The translations under genes and the position numbers were made by a program. 32,000 nt of DNA from Wallemia ichthyophaga EXF-994 (taxonomy: Eukaryota > Fungi > Basidiomycota), in contig NW_008806279.1 of NCBI RefSeq assembly GCF_000400465.1, positions 416,107 through 448,106 of the forward strand, written 5' to 3'. The notes under the pieces are model-generated. The model was not told where the DNA came from, searched no databases, and saw only the letters and a program-made list of their open reading frames with translations. Below are positions 10,411 through 22,409 of the stretch, one piece after another (position 1 is the stretch's first letter; the number at the start of each line of letters is the position of its first letter).

Positions 10411-11362
10411 TCAATTTTTCCTGAATTTTATTCGCCTACTAGAGCTACCGAAGGGATCTACTTTCTGGCGCGTGTTTGTTAATAGCGATCGCTTCAGATC
10501 CGTCGTCTTTGGCGCTGATCGCCGCCGCTGTTGTATCTGCTTGAAGTTGCGACTTTCCTTTACATCGCTCTCATCTTCCATCATTCGCATATCCTCTGGA
10601 AGTCCATACCTATCTTTCAGCTCCAAATTGCTCCGGTTCTCGGCATGCTCTTTCCGCCGTTCAACGCGATGCTTATCCCGCAGCTTCTGATTCATTGTAT
10701 ACGTATCAGACCATGTAGCTTCGTTGGCGTCTTCAATCTGCGTCAGTCTAGGCAACGCCTTTTTCTGCGCTTCTACTTGATTCGTGCCTTTCTCAACCGC
10801 TGCAAACGGATCTACCTCGGGTTTCTTCGATGGATCCGTTTCTAAAACCTTGTCAGTTGCGTGAGTAAAGTAAGTAAATACCCACCCATCGTAATAGTCT
10901 CGCCCTCTTCAGGCTCCCACTCTGCCTTCTGCTTGGCCCCTTCACTGACAATGTACCGTGTATTCTTGGGATCAGTCTGTATTTCAAACCAATGAGAGCA
11001 GAGGTGGCATTTGCATTTAAAAGCGTAGACGGGCGTAGAGTAATAATTCCCTATTTTTCTTTTCTCTGCGTTGTAGCGCACTCCCTGGGCCACATGCTTA
11101 TCGCATCCACCGCACCAAATATTAAATGGCAACTCAAAGCGGACAATGAGAATTCCCTTGTCAAGCTTGCGTGCTCTGTCTCCCAGACTGAAGCAGTGTG
11201 AATTGGCTTCTACGGCTTTTTTACTCCACCTACGCATGCTTCCCATGATACGCATTAAGACTGCATCTTATGAGCCGTGAGATAGTGAATAAGGTTCATA
11301 GCTCACGAGGAATGCTTCTTTGGATCATAATCTGGCGGGTAGTACCTATTAAAGCCTTGCAT
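10411..11362 (-). CDS. YJU2B: Yju2/CWC16-family splicing factor, CCDC130 type, 4 exons
   Basis: Spliced MQGFNRYYPPDYDPKKHSS|LNAYHGKHA|LGDRARKLDKGILIVRFELPFNIWCGGC...GVRYNAEKRKIGNYYSTP...KCHLC..WFEIQTDPKN..Y...G. Has the CxxC...CxxC zinc knuckle and the CCDC130-type N-terminus. Confidence 0.92.
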
Positions 11363-11399
11363 TGCGTATTCTCAGTGATGACGATCCTTATCAAAGATG

Positions 11400-13130
11400 G
11401 ATATTGCGTAAGGTAGGAGTTAAATTGCATGTAAAATATCATGATGATCAAAATCCTCTGCCATTTACATCTCATACCATTCTAGGAGCCCAATCTACTG
11501 CTAAAATCTTAAACACGCACAGAACGATAACACAAAGTAATCGCAGTACAAAGACATCATAATAGCTCCCTCTATCGACAGTCCAAATGCAAGCTGAATT
11601 CAGCAAGCATGTGTGCTGTTGACACCAATCTCCACCTTTTATATTCGCGCCTAGAATGGCAACTTTATCAACAACTGCGTAATACCACCGTGTGTCGAAG
11701 AAATCTGCGCAATATTACTATCATTCTGTAGCTGCTGGTTGTGAAAAAAAAGGGTGGGAATTTGCTAACGGTAACTTGTTTTGTGTAGCGCTCTGTAATT
11801 GTCTGACTGAATTTGACATGTAACAGAAAAAGGAAATTGGACTTACAATTAAGCCATCATAATATTTCGATCCTCGAGATACCAAAGAACAATCGCTCGT
11901 TTCTCTACTTTTATTGCATAACTTCTTAGAAATGCACCTGGTTAAGCCAAACCCCTGGTTTCAGAGTTGAGCTGACACCATTCTTTGTTGCAAAGATCGT
12001 TTTTCATATGCGTTTTATGGGCTGGAGTGGCCTTATGTTTCTCCTGAAGTAAGCATTGGCCCCTGTGGACGCTACGCGTCGGAAAACGTAATACGCGTCT
12101 AAAGGGGTAATTCTTGATATATTTGGGTGACTGAGACCTTCATCGGCCTTTCATAGCAGTCAGAGTTGGACGGCCGCTTTACATACCCCTCAACGCCATG
12201 GCGTGCTCCAAGGTGAACTCGAATCACCACTTCCGGACAACTTACAGAGCGCGAAATCAACACCGGAGATATAATTCCAACAACAACTACCAATTAACGC
12301 TTCGGGGCACCAAATAAGACTTTTTATTTGGAGAATTCCAAAAGTCGCGAATCGGCCAGTTGAGATCAGATCACTGCCATCTAGAAATCAAGTCGGCGGA
12401 TATTGGGTGGGTGGATAATGAAGGTTATTTAGAATTCTTGATTCTTCGTAAAGTCAATTGTGCTGTCATATCTCCCAGAATACTATTACTTGACATCGCC
12501 ATACACATCTTCCCATTTGGTTGGCCATTTGAGGTGAGTGCATACAATTACATCAAATGTTCTCTATAATTTAATCCCCGCGATGCAATAGACTAAGCAT
12601 CTAAACCACCTTTCCATCTAGTCAACTTGTCCTGAGATGCAAACTCGTACTGAGAGGCAATGCTAAGTTAGAGATAGCGCGATAGAGGTGACGTAAACAA
12701 AAATAACCATAAGAGCAGTACCAGATAGATAATCAAGTCACAACTTCTTATACATGTTCTCTATCGGCCGGTACAAGAGCTCCGGTAACACTTTTACTAA
12801 GCGAGGGTGAAGACCGGGAGAAGTATTGAAAACATCTGCAACATCTGTACATTAGCAAATACGCACAATATATCTCACGAGAATACCAGGTGTAATATGT
12901 TGTTTTGAGCATATCACTCTCTGCAGATGTAAATTCTCCGAGGCAGCAACCATGAGCGAATGGTTGAATGCATGATTGCGTGTGAGAAATTGAGAAGAAA
13001 TAGACAAGATTTACCTATGGCACATCTACCGCAAACATCACAAATCGTATACTTTCATAAGTGTCATACAAGAGCTGGAGCTGGAGCAAAAGTAATCAAT
13101 CGCATACAAGAAAGAAAACTTAGTGTAGCA
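11400..13130. other. Unresolved region probably holding one or more short multi-exon genes
   Basis: No long ORF, but good splice signals on both strands (+: GTAAGC 12049, GTGAGT 12534; minus: CTAAT...CAG ending 12845, CTAAC.TTAG ending about 12664, GTAAGT about 11846) and protein-like open segments. No consistent gene model could be assembled by hand. Confidence 0.35.
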
Positions 13131-13131
13131 A

Positions 13132-14527
13132 TCAGAGACTCTGAATCCACGCCCACTCATCGTCAACATCTGCTTCATTGATGCCATTGTGGTCGTGTTT
13201 TGGTGGCATAAGCAACTCCTCGAGTACCTGGAAAGCAGCGTTGCGCGAAATGCCATCGTGCCATGAGACACTCTTGCCTTGCAACTTGACATCGAATGTG
13301 TAAGGGCCGTATGGCACAGTCTGCGACTTGATGAGATCATACTCGACCTCACCGCCGTCTTCGAGCATGGTGCTAGCCTTGATCTTCTTGTGGAAGAGGT
13401 CGTCGTTGTCGGACTTAACTGACTTGGCTTGCTCACCCGATTGGAAGTCGACAAAGATGGCGTTGTTTGGGACAATGTGGTATTCAAGGAGATGTCTCAG
13501 AGCTCTGCTACCCATTGGAGAAAAGAAGAAGCCTAGAACTTTTGGTGGAAGTCTCTCAAAGGCGCTGTTGAGTGGTGCGTTGATGGTAAGCTGACCATTG
13601 CCCGTCTTACCGTCCAATGACAGGTCAAGCTCCTCTGCCAAACCCACCTTCTGGAGTGCTGATGTGAAGATGGAGAACTCTCTAGCGAAAATGAACAAGG
13701 CGTTGATTGCAGATGGTGGAGGGATGAGGACGTGGTCAAGGGCGTGGATGACAGCATTTGCAGACTGGATGTTCTGTGTCGAGATCTTTGCATAGTGATT
13801 GATGACTGTGGCTGGTGGCACATACTGCTGCTCAACCCGTAGTCTTTGACCTGCCCCGTTGAACGTATTTGGCTCTTTGAGGATGGTTTCGATAGTGCTA
13901 AAGTCGTGCAGAGTGTTGATATCTAGCTTCTGAGCTACTGTGTGGTACATAACAACAGCCTCGATAAATTTCTTGAGACGTCTCTTGCACTCGTCGTCTT
14001 CTTGCGTCATATCGACCTTATCAGCCATGGCGTAGAGCTTGCCCAAGACGCTAGGTACTGGGTCCTCCCAGATATCTGCGTTTAAGTAGGCATTTTTGTC
14101 GTCGTCGTTGTGCTTGTGCTTGTGCTTGTGGTCTGGAATGGCGTCATTGGTTGGAACAAAGAGGGTGAAATCCTTTTCGTCCTTAATGTGGTCGATTGCA
14201 GTTGGAGAGAACTTCTCTAAGATGGTTGTGAACTGAGTGGGTGATGTAAGCTGTGAGTCGTCTGTGACAAAGTGAAAATTTACACACCTTGCTGAATTTC
14301 TTAGGGTCGCCCTTGAGGATATCCCATGCGTTATCAGTGACTTCACTAGACCCAGCCAAATTGTCGATAGTTTCACCGTTATTGCCCAAGAACTCGTTGA
14401 GCCAGCCCTTGGAGGTGTCGACGAACTGGCGCTGGAGAGCGGCCTCCTCTGAGAAAATGGAGACTGGAAGGTGCAGTGCAGTTGCTGCTGACGCTGCAGC
14501 ACTTAGAATTGCAATACTTAATTTCAT
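13132..14527 (-). CDS. Secreted fasciclin (two FAS1 domains), 2 exons
   Basis: Signal peptide MKLSIAILSAAASAATA, intron about 14287-14234. FAS1 H1 FTLFVPTNDA, YH motif, H2 NAVIHALDHVLIPP. Second degenerate FAS1: LTINAPLNSAF, EYHIV, NAAFQVLEELLMPP. Confidence 0.88.
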
Positions 14528-14692
14528 TGTTTGTGTTAAAGAACAAGAGTTTTAGCCACGATCACACAGCTTGATTATGTGACGTTATCGATGACGCTGT
14601 CGATTTCCATTTTTCAAATTCAAATATATATTCATTTTACGCATTAGAAGTACACAAGTATATACATGTAAATATCCATTTAAACGAACATC

Positions 14693-16746
14693 TCACGAAA
14701 CGACGATACTTGCGACGTTGTTCTGACGCGAGCTGGGAGGTGAGTGAGTTTCTAGAGAGCACTCAAACGCAATAAAACCCACCTAAAGCCGGTATCTGGG
14801 TCGTACAGGTCTAATTTATCTATAGCATGGGTACCTTTAGCGAGAGCGAGGAAGTTAACGTGAACGCTCTGGCAGCTGCCCGGAAGAAGAGGGCCAATTC
14901 TAACGAGGTTCTCAAGTGGCACTACACCTACGCGTGTGCTTTCACTAGCAGCCCCGGACTCTGCCTCCTTTTCATTTTCATTCTCACCGAGCAGCCTCTC
15001 CTCCAACGACAGTCGCTGACTGCGCAGACCCATTTGGGACTGGGTATGCGATGCAAAATTGACAACGAAGCGTCTGGCGATAGTGCTATTATTGAAGAGA
15101 AACACTTCGACAGGGAAGATGTCGAGTGGTTTGATGGCGTGGGTGTGGGTATGGGTGAGAGAGGTGCGTATTCCTGGACTCATTATCGACGGTGAGCGCT
15201 GGTCCGCCCTGGCTGACCGTGTGGGTTTAAGGACAGACACGCTTAGCAGAACTGTTTCTTTCGACGAGGTTGCTGCGGTGCTGTCTGGCAACTCAGCCTC
15301 ACCCTCACTGTCACTATCACTATCACTCTCGCTCTCACTGTGTACGAGGCGAGCATGACTATTCCCTCGTCTATCCTTCGCAGCTGCCTCTTCCGCCGAG
15401 CGCTGCAGACTTGAGAAGGCGTATTTCTTATTTCCAGCCACCGGAGCTGCTTGAGGCACTAGGCGCGGCGCACTCCCGCTGCCAGAGCTAATCAAAGCAC
15501 TACTCCCCCAGGGCCTCTTGTCTATCAGTGCATTAGAGATATCTATCACACTGTTCCACTTCATCTCCAAAACTGGGTCAGTCAGTGTATTCGTCGGTGA
15601 GCAACTTTGTGTGCGTGTGCTTGTGCGTATGCATATGTGCACGTTGAATTTACGTTGCTTGGCGAGAGAGCGGTGACTACTGCGAGGGCGGTGAGGTTGG
15701 TGAGAGTTTGAAACCTCCTGTGTCGGTTGGAAGACAACGACGTAAATGAGGTTGACTTGTTCGGAAGCGAGGATCTGAATGGGAATAGCGCTATCGCCAT
15801 GAGCATGGCCATCACCGTTATCATTACCTTCAGCCCCACTCAAGTCATGCCTCCGCGCCACCAGCTCCACGTTATTCTCGACACTCGCCTCTTTCAATCG
15901 CACGCCAGCGTCGTGTATAAACAGAGCACGCGCGGTGCAGTTCTCCACTTCCAGTCCCAGTGCCAAGTGAGGCTGGTGAGAGTCGAGGAGAAAGGGTATA
16001 TTGACAGCGCGCATTCGGACACTGAGTGCAGATGAGATGGGTATATAAGTAGTGTCTGAGAGTGAGAGTGAGTGCAGCGTGTTTTGAGTGCCCTGGGTAT
16101 CTTGAGGTATATCGATGTTCTGATGCTTCTGCGGCATATCGGGAGCAATGTCCTCCAGCAGATTGATACTGTCCCAGCTGTCCCAGCTCTCTAGCAACTC
16201 GCTGTCTTTATCGGGGGTTTTGCGTGTGGGTGTGTTGGTGTTATCGTCAGCGTCGGCGTGCGCACCAGCAACGTCTCGATGGCTGCGCATATAAGTGATA
16301 TTGCACGTCAGCGCAGCTAGTGGATTGGAGATATTCATGCGCACGCGCACAGCGTCAACGTGGACAACCGAGGTTGCGATCCAGCAGGCCTTCTCACCCG
16401 CCGCTCCGTTCTCTCGCTGCAGGCCCCAAGCAGCGGTGGATTGGACGGAAGATACCAAGATTGGTGGCGTGTCCGTGTCGTCTGGCTGGCTATCGACGTA
16501 GCTGAGATGGACGGTGAGATGGAGATGGCTGAGCAGCTCCCAGACGCGGCATTCGTCCACCTCCCCCAACAACAACCTGACGACCACGCCTAGCCGTTCA
16601 TCTGTGTCGTTCGCCGTGAGATGAGATGGAAATGGGGAGATGGCAGAGCGCTACACACCGAAATATACATGCTTTGACTCGGCATCTACAGCGGCATGGA
16701 CACGTGCCGATGTGAAGACGTGTTCGAGCGACGTCATTGAGCTCAT
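14693..16746 (-). CDS. TRS65: TRAPP II-specific subunit Trs65-like, 3 exons
   Basis: Exon 1 MSSMTSLEHVFTSARVHAAVDAESKH, intron, DERLGVVVRLLL..., C-terminal Trs65-type block VVPLENLVRIGPLLPGSCQSVHVNFLALAKGTHAIDKLDLYD. Inferred last exon SSRQNNVASIVVS* (TGA 14693-14695). Confidence 0.75.
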
Positions 16747-16789
16747 GGCCGTTTGTGGATAAGGGTGATAATGGGTGGTGATAGCCGGG

Positions 16790-17959
16790 ATGGCTTGGAT
16801 AAACCCGATGAACACAATCAATAGGAGCGTCTTTGAGCCAAATCTGCAGCGCGATTACGGCCTACTTACAAGCAGCGTCAGTGGTACGCACGCCATCGTA
16901 ACCGGTGCGGCTGGCGGACTTGGTAAAGGGATAGTGGAGGAGTGAGTGCGGTACAGCCGTAAGCATAAGCATAGACTCACACTCACACTCATACTCAACT
17001 CAATCACAGACTTCTCCGCCACAACGCATCCGTCGTCGCTGCAGATATTGACACCCGCGCGCTGCACGCACTCCCACAGCACCCCAACCTCCACATACAC
17101 CACGTGGACGTCACGCAGTACGCGTCGCAGCTCGCCCTGTTCCGATACGCGCGCGCCACGTTCGGCAGGATAGACGCCGTGTATGCCAATGCCGGGATAG
17201 CGACGTCAGGCTATTTAGCCGATGTGGGTCAAGTGGGTGAACAAGGTAAGACCAAGGCTTAATGGCAGAATAGCACGCTAAAACCCGAGACAAATTCCAG
17301 ACACTCCAACACCCCCCGATCTGAATATTATCGACGTGAACGTCAAAGGGGTGCTATACACAACGCACCTTGCCGTGCAAGCATTCCGGGAGGATAAGCG
17401 GAGTAATGCTCGTGGCGGTATTGGCACCAATAGCAAACCCCACACGCGCCATCCCTCCATCATCCTCACAGGCTCATTCACCTCCTTCCTCTCGTCGCCC
17501 TCCACACCCGCGGCATATGCAGCGTCGAAACACGCCGTGTTCTCGTTGATGCGCTCACTCGCCACGACAGGAGAGTACGAGGGCTTTCGGTGCAATCTCG
17601 TGTGTCCATGGTTCACGCCCACGGCCATGGTCGAGTCGTCTGTGCGCATCCTGCTGACTGGCATTGGGATGGCCGCGGCAGAGCCCGTGGTGCGCGCATT
17701 CCTTATCGCTGGTATGGACACCTCCCTTACTGGTGCAGCTCTCGTCATCGATACGGACGGCCTGTTTGTGATTCCTGATACGACAATAAACTCTCACTGC
17801 GCTCAAGCTTTCAGAGATCGCTATTTGAGTGTGTTGAAAATGCAACATGCCGCACGTGTGTATCGCACCCCACTTATATTGACAGGTGGTTTACTCACCG
17901 TGCTGTCACTGGCCAGCGGTGTCTCGTATGTCCTGCGATTCCTTAGAAAGTGCAAGTGA
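16790..17959 (+). CDS. Short-chain dehydrogenase/reductase (classical SDR) with C-terminal hydrophobic anchor, 3 exons
   Basis: AIVTGAAGGLGKG (TGxxxGxG), VDVT, RIDAVYANAGI, VNVKG, catalytic YAASK (YxxxK), CPWFTPT, C-terminal ILTGGLLTVLSLASGVSYVL. Start ATG 16790 (alternative 16809). Confidence 0.9.
16972..17008 (+). repeat. (ACTCAC)n-like microsatellite in SDR intron 1
   Basis: gactcacactcacactcatactcaactcaatcac directly before the 3' splice site CAG. Confidence 0.7.
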
Positions 17960-18022
17960 AGTGCAAGTGTACTGTTCTACTAATATTGTACCAATGCATT
18001 CAATAAATACATTCACTTTAAT

Positions 18023-19049
18023 CTAGTCATCATCGCTGCTATAATCATCGCTGTCCTCATCATCGCCTTCACCAGACACTGGACCAACATCGAAGAGCTG
18101 TCTGGAGGGTTGAGCGGGTGTGCGACGTGGCTTAAAGTCATTCAAGTCGCACAAGTCATCGCCAAGCTCGTTTTCTCTCTCCATATCCAAATCTACATCC
18201 ATATCGCCATCCCATATAAGAATATATGGCGGGAGGATGTTATACCTTTTAGCGAGGCGAGAAATACGCCGCGCAAGACCCGTCTCAGACTCACATACGA
18301 GAAACATATCTCGATGGTTTGAGTAAAAGTGAGCGATGATTCTTGCTAGTTTCCGCAGGCAGCTTTTTTGGGTTTCTTGGGTGTCTGGTGTGAGTGCATC
18401 TAGTGCATCTAGTGCATCTAATAAATCTGATGAGGTAATCAGACATACGTCTGCCACTACGCTGTTGAGGTTGTGTAACGAGTATTCTAATGCTGAGCAT
18501 GAGGTGGTACGATTAGTGGAGTGTGCCACACAAACCAACGCATTCGTCGTCGTCGACTGATCCACTCTCATATCACCACACTCGCAGTAATCCTGCATCA
18601 GAGTCATCCAGGGAGTATTTATGTCCGTAGCCATACTTCTGATATGCTCGCTTATCCACGTTTCTTGAGTTATGTTTCCAGGCACGGGCAGTGTGTCTAC
18701 ATCATTCCTCTTTTTAAGGAGGTAATTGAGTTGTTGGCGTGGACTATCATTGGACATGTAGCTACCTTGGGCATTTTCGAATGACTGCGTTTTCCGTGAG
18801 CATGTGGTGAGCATTCGTCGCAGCACTCACATCGCGACGCATTCCCTTCCGCACTCGCAGCCTATTCCTGAGTTTTATGTCTGCGAGTTCTTTATCTTTG
18901 CCTGTCTCCCCCACATTGTCCCGCTCTCTCTCCCGCTCATTCACGCTCCTCTCAGCGCTGTTGTCACATCGCCGCTGCTGGGATTTGAGCTTCTCATGGC
19001 TTTTCCTGGGCTGGATTGTATCTCCGTGGCTGCTGCTGTTGCCAGCCAT
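18023..19049 (-). CDS. MOB4: Mob1/phocein family protein, phocein (MOB4; fungal MOB3) type, 2 exons
   Basis: RLRVRKGMRRD, intron, ...QQLNYLL...WISEHIR...TPW..L...C..GDM...LVCVAH...CSALEYSLH...CLRKLARIIAHFYSNHRDMFLVCESETGLARR. This is the phocein pattern (cf. RRxYRIFAHAyfhHRxxFxxxExET). Start uncertain (19049 MAGNS or 19145). Confidence 0.75.
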
Positions 19050-19185
19050 CGCGGTAGTGGGTATAGCAACAGCAACAGGCGCTGGTGTTCGATTGGAAGT
19101 GCGTAAGGAAGATGATTTAATTTTTATTTTTAATTCCGATTCCATTCTTCTTCATCGTTCGATAACAAGGTGTTGATCGACGACG

Positions 19186-20401
19186 ATGACGACAAAGACG
19201 GGTGAATGTGGGTGCTGCAGCAAGCGGCACCAGCGGCTGATTTGCACAAGCTGTCTGAGTGAGTGATGGGTGTATTTCCAGATGTGAATGTATTCACACC
19301 CACAGACAACACGCTCAGCGACGCACGCCACACGCAGCATTCAGCCAAATCAACCATACGCTCACACCGCCAGAGCAGCTCTGTCGTGGCGTTCGTCGCT
19401 GCCGTGAAACAACGCCGGCGGGAAGATAGCGATGACGTAGTTATCATGCACAGGCAGCTTTGTGCGTTGATTGGGCGCGTCAAACAGACTCAACAGGCAA
19501 ACAGAGAGGGTGTGTTGTGTGTTGGGTGTGTATCCATACTCACATTCACTCTTCCACTCTAGTCCACTCGCAAATTACCATTAAACGGAATAACATTGCC
19601 AGCCGACGACGTAATCTAGACAAAGTGGCTGATATCGTCACTTATAATACACCTTCTCCCACCACCCACTCCTCCGCCGCTCTCTCGGATTTACAAGCTA
19701 GCCGACGCGTGTTGGCATCCGAATGTCTCAATATCTTTGGTTTGCAGGGGCTCAGCAGTGGCGGGACAGAGTTGGGGGGCGTGCTAGTACCGCCCCTGAA
19801 CCGATTACATGGTATGTACATGATTGCACGCAGGCACACTACCCTCACGCACCACACAGCACTCCCGCACACACACCTCATCTACACCACTGCCATCCTT
19901 ACCCAGCTCCTCCACCACCTCTCCAACTACCTCAGTCTGCCGCTGCCATACAACAGCGTGCGCGTGTATACCTTCCAGCCGACGCTATTTCTCTCAGAGA
20001 GTAGGAGAGTGTTCATGTGCGATCACGCTCACAATCATAATCACACTCACTCTCACACTTACAATCAGCACCCCCACTCCATCCCCTCCATACACGCCCT
20101 CAGCATGCTCATTTGCAATCTCACCTTCTTACTCAAAGTCGTGGGGTTTCCTATCGAGCTGTCCAATGTGGCCTTTGCGGTGAACATGCTGTCTCGCTTG
20201 GCAGAATCACCCCATCTAGGGGCCACCAGCTTCGGCGACAGCTGTGTTAATCCGCTAACTCACTTGACCTTACCTGTAACCCTCTCAGCTATCAAAGACA
20301 TTCTCTATGGTAGTAAGAGCATCAAGAGCGGTAAGAGCAGCAGTAGCAGCAGCAGCAACGAGAGCAACAACAGCGAGGACCAGTGGGAGGTAGTTGACTG
20401 A
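19186..20401 (+). CDS. ATG14: Atg14/UVRAG-family PI3K complex subunit with N-terminal Cys motif, multi-exon
   Basis: Exon 1 MTTKTGECGCCSKRHQRLICTSCL (paired CxxC motifs typical of Atg14), GTGAGT intron to CAG about 19305, a coiled-coil segment, then SRRVLASECLNIFGL, ILTQLLHHLSNYLSLPLPY, LSMLICNLTFL (ATG14 domain style). Confidence 0.7.
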
Positions 20402-20592
20402 CGCTTCCGGCATTACTTCTAACACTGTATTATACACTTATGTATCCATTACTTGACAATATCAGTGAGTGTGAGCAAGAATAATAAGCAGGTGTTGAAT
20501 CCTAGCGAGATGTGCAATATACGTAGATGTTGAATGACTTTTGTTTCATGTTAATTTAATATCCTGTCTGTCGCAAATCCAATGCAATACAT

Positions 20593-22084
20593 TTAATGCA
20601 GAATACGCGTGAGGATGTTATGTCTAGTCGAAGAGATCCTGTCAAATATTGATCCAATATCAACCTCGCTAACATCAGTAACGTCAGCCATAAGATAAGC
20701 GATGCCGTCTCTTGAATCTGAGTACTGCTTGCTAACGTTAAAGTGACCAGTGTTTTCATCTGACAGGATAGTGTTAATTTCCTTGAGCACACCCGGTTCA
20801 TCTTTGTGCACGTGCAGTATCCTCGCCTGACGGTTTTCACCCTCCTTTGGTTTAACCGGTATTCTAAGATCCACTTCAGGGAACTGAACGGCGTTGATTG
20901 AGGTACCGTAGGTGAGGTACTTAAACAACGCGGTACCTACTTCAATTCCGATCATGCGCTGTGCCTCCTCGGTGGAACCACCGATATGAGGTGTGAGGAT
21001 GAGGTTAGGGCATTGACGGAGTTTGTCAGCGAATGGGCCGAGCTCTTTGCCAGTAAACAGCTCAGCTCCATTACCCTTAGGTTCAGTGGGGTAGACGTCA
21101 ACAGCAGCCCCAGCGAGGTGCTTCGAGTTGAGAGCCTCCGCCAACGCCTCCAAATCTACCACCGTTCCACGAGCATTGTTGAGGAGATAAGCGCCTTTGC
21201 GCATCTGCGCGAGCTCCTTTGCACCGATCATGTTCTTAGTTTCGGGCAGTTCTGGGACATGCAACGTGACAAAGTCAGACGAGGACAGCAGCTGCTCGAG
21301 ACTGTCCACCTGTCTCGCCTGACCAAGTGGCATGATAGGTAGGACATCGTAATAGAGCACACTCATTCCCATAGCCTCAGCGAGAACTGACAACTGACTA
21401 CCGATGTGACCGTATCCGACAATACCGAGCGTTTTACCACGTACCTCCCAGCAGCCGGAGCTGACCTTGTTCCAAATTCCCTGCTTGAGCTCGTTGGTCC
21501 TGTCGACGTACTGGCGCGAGAGGGCAATAACTTGAGAAATGACGAGTTCAGCAACAGAGCGAGAATTTGCGTAAGGGGAGTTGAATACACAGATTCCAGA
21601 CTCGGCAGCAGCACCGAGATCGACCTGATTGGTTCCGATGCAAAAACAACCGACGACCAACAACTTGGAGGCAGCCTTGATGACTTTGCTGGTGAGCTTC
21701 GTCTTACTGCGAATACCGATAGCGTGATAATGGCCGATACCAGCGAGCAATTCCTCTTCTGACCACGCTTTGGCGAAGTGGTCGACGTGGAATCCAGCTT
21801 CGCGGAGTTGCGCCGCTGCGCCCTGGCTGACGTTCTCAAGGAGGAGAATACGCAGCTGTTCAGTCTTGAATGGCTGATCAGACGCTGGTTTGTACTGCTC
21901 CAGTGCAGCTGCGAGGATATTCCTATTGACGAGTGCTTTCGGCGATGCAGAAGATGCCTGCGGTGGGTGTGAGCGGTGGCATCTGAATATCACATCTGCC
22001 ACTCACGGCATCTACTCTGCTCGCTCTGACGGCGTCATGGGGACTGCCCGAACGCGGCGTAGGAATTGGAATAAATTTAGTCAT
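20593..22084 (-). CDS. SER3: D-3-phosphoglycerate dehydrogenase with C-terminal ACT domain, 2 exons
   Basis: Exon 1 MTKFIPIPTPRSGSPHDAVRASRVDA (ATG 22084), 49-nt GTGAGT...CCGCAG intron, ILLLENVS, GIRSKT, GCFCIGTNQVDL, NSPYANSRSVAE, GIVGYGHIG, LLNNARG, TPHIGGSTEEAQ, ACT HKDEPGVL. Confidence 0.96.
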
Positions 22085-22409
22085 TTTCTGGTGGTCGAGA
22101 GAAGCACGCAACACTCAGCATTTCGGGGTAAAATCGGTGACTCGACGTTGCTGAAAATTATCATTTATTCTGTGTACATGGCGGCTAATGAAATTGCTAT
22201 CTAGCACCCTCTTTCCCTCCTTTTTCCGCGCTTTACTTTGCTTCGAAGCTGGGCGACAGAGAACAATCCCTGACGGTAGAGCACGCAGCGTAAATATATG
22301 TAAACGCAATTAAAAACATAGTCATCCACTGGAATGCACCTTCATGCGCAGTCTGTCATGCGTAGTCTTCGCGATTTCATCTCCGCTGCTTACGGATCCA
22401 GCCACTTTC

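Noticed and set aside
13132-14502. 456-aa continuous ORF as the true fasciclin protein
   Set aside because: It reads through an intron. The signal-peptide frame (14183-14527) supplies exon 1.
20986-21972. Antisense and alternative-frame ORFs over SER3 (and similar ones over F-box, TRS65, SNU114, COQ1)
   Set aside because: They are shadows of well-conserved coding frames with no recognisable motifs of their own.
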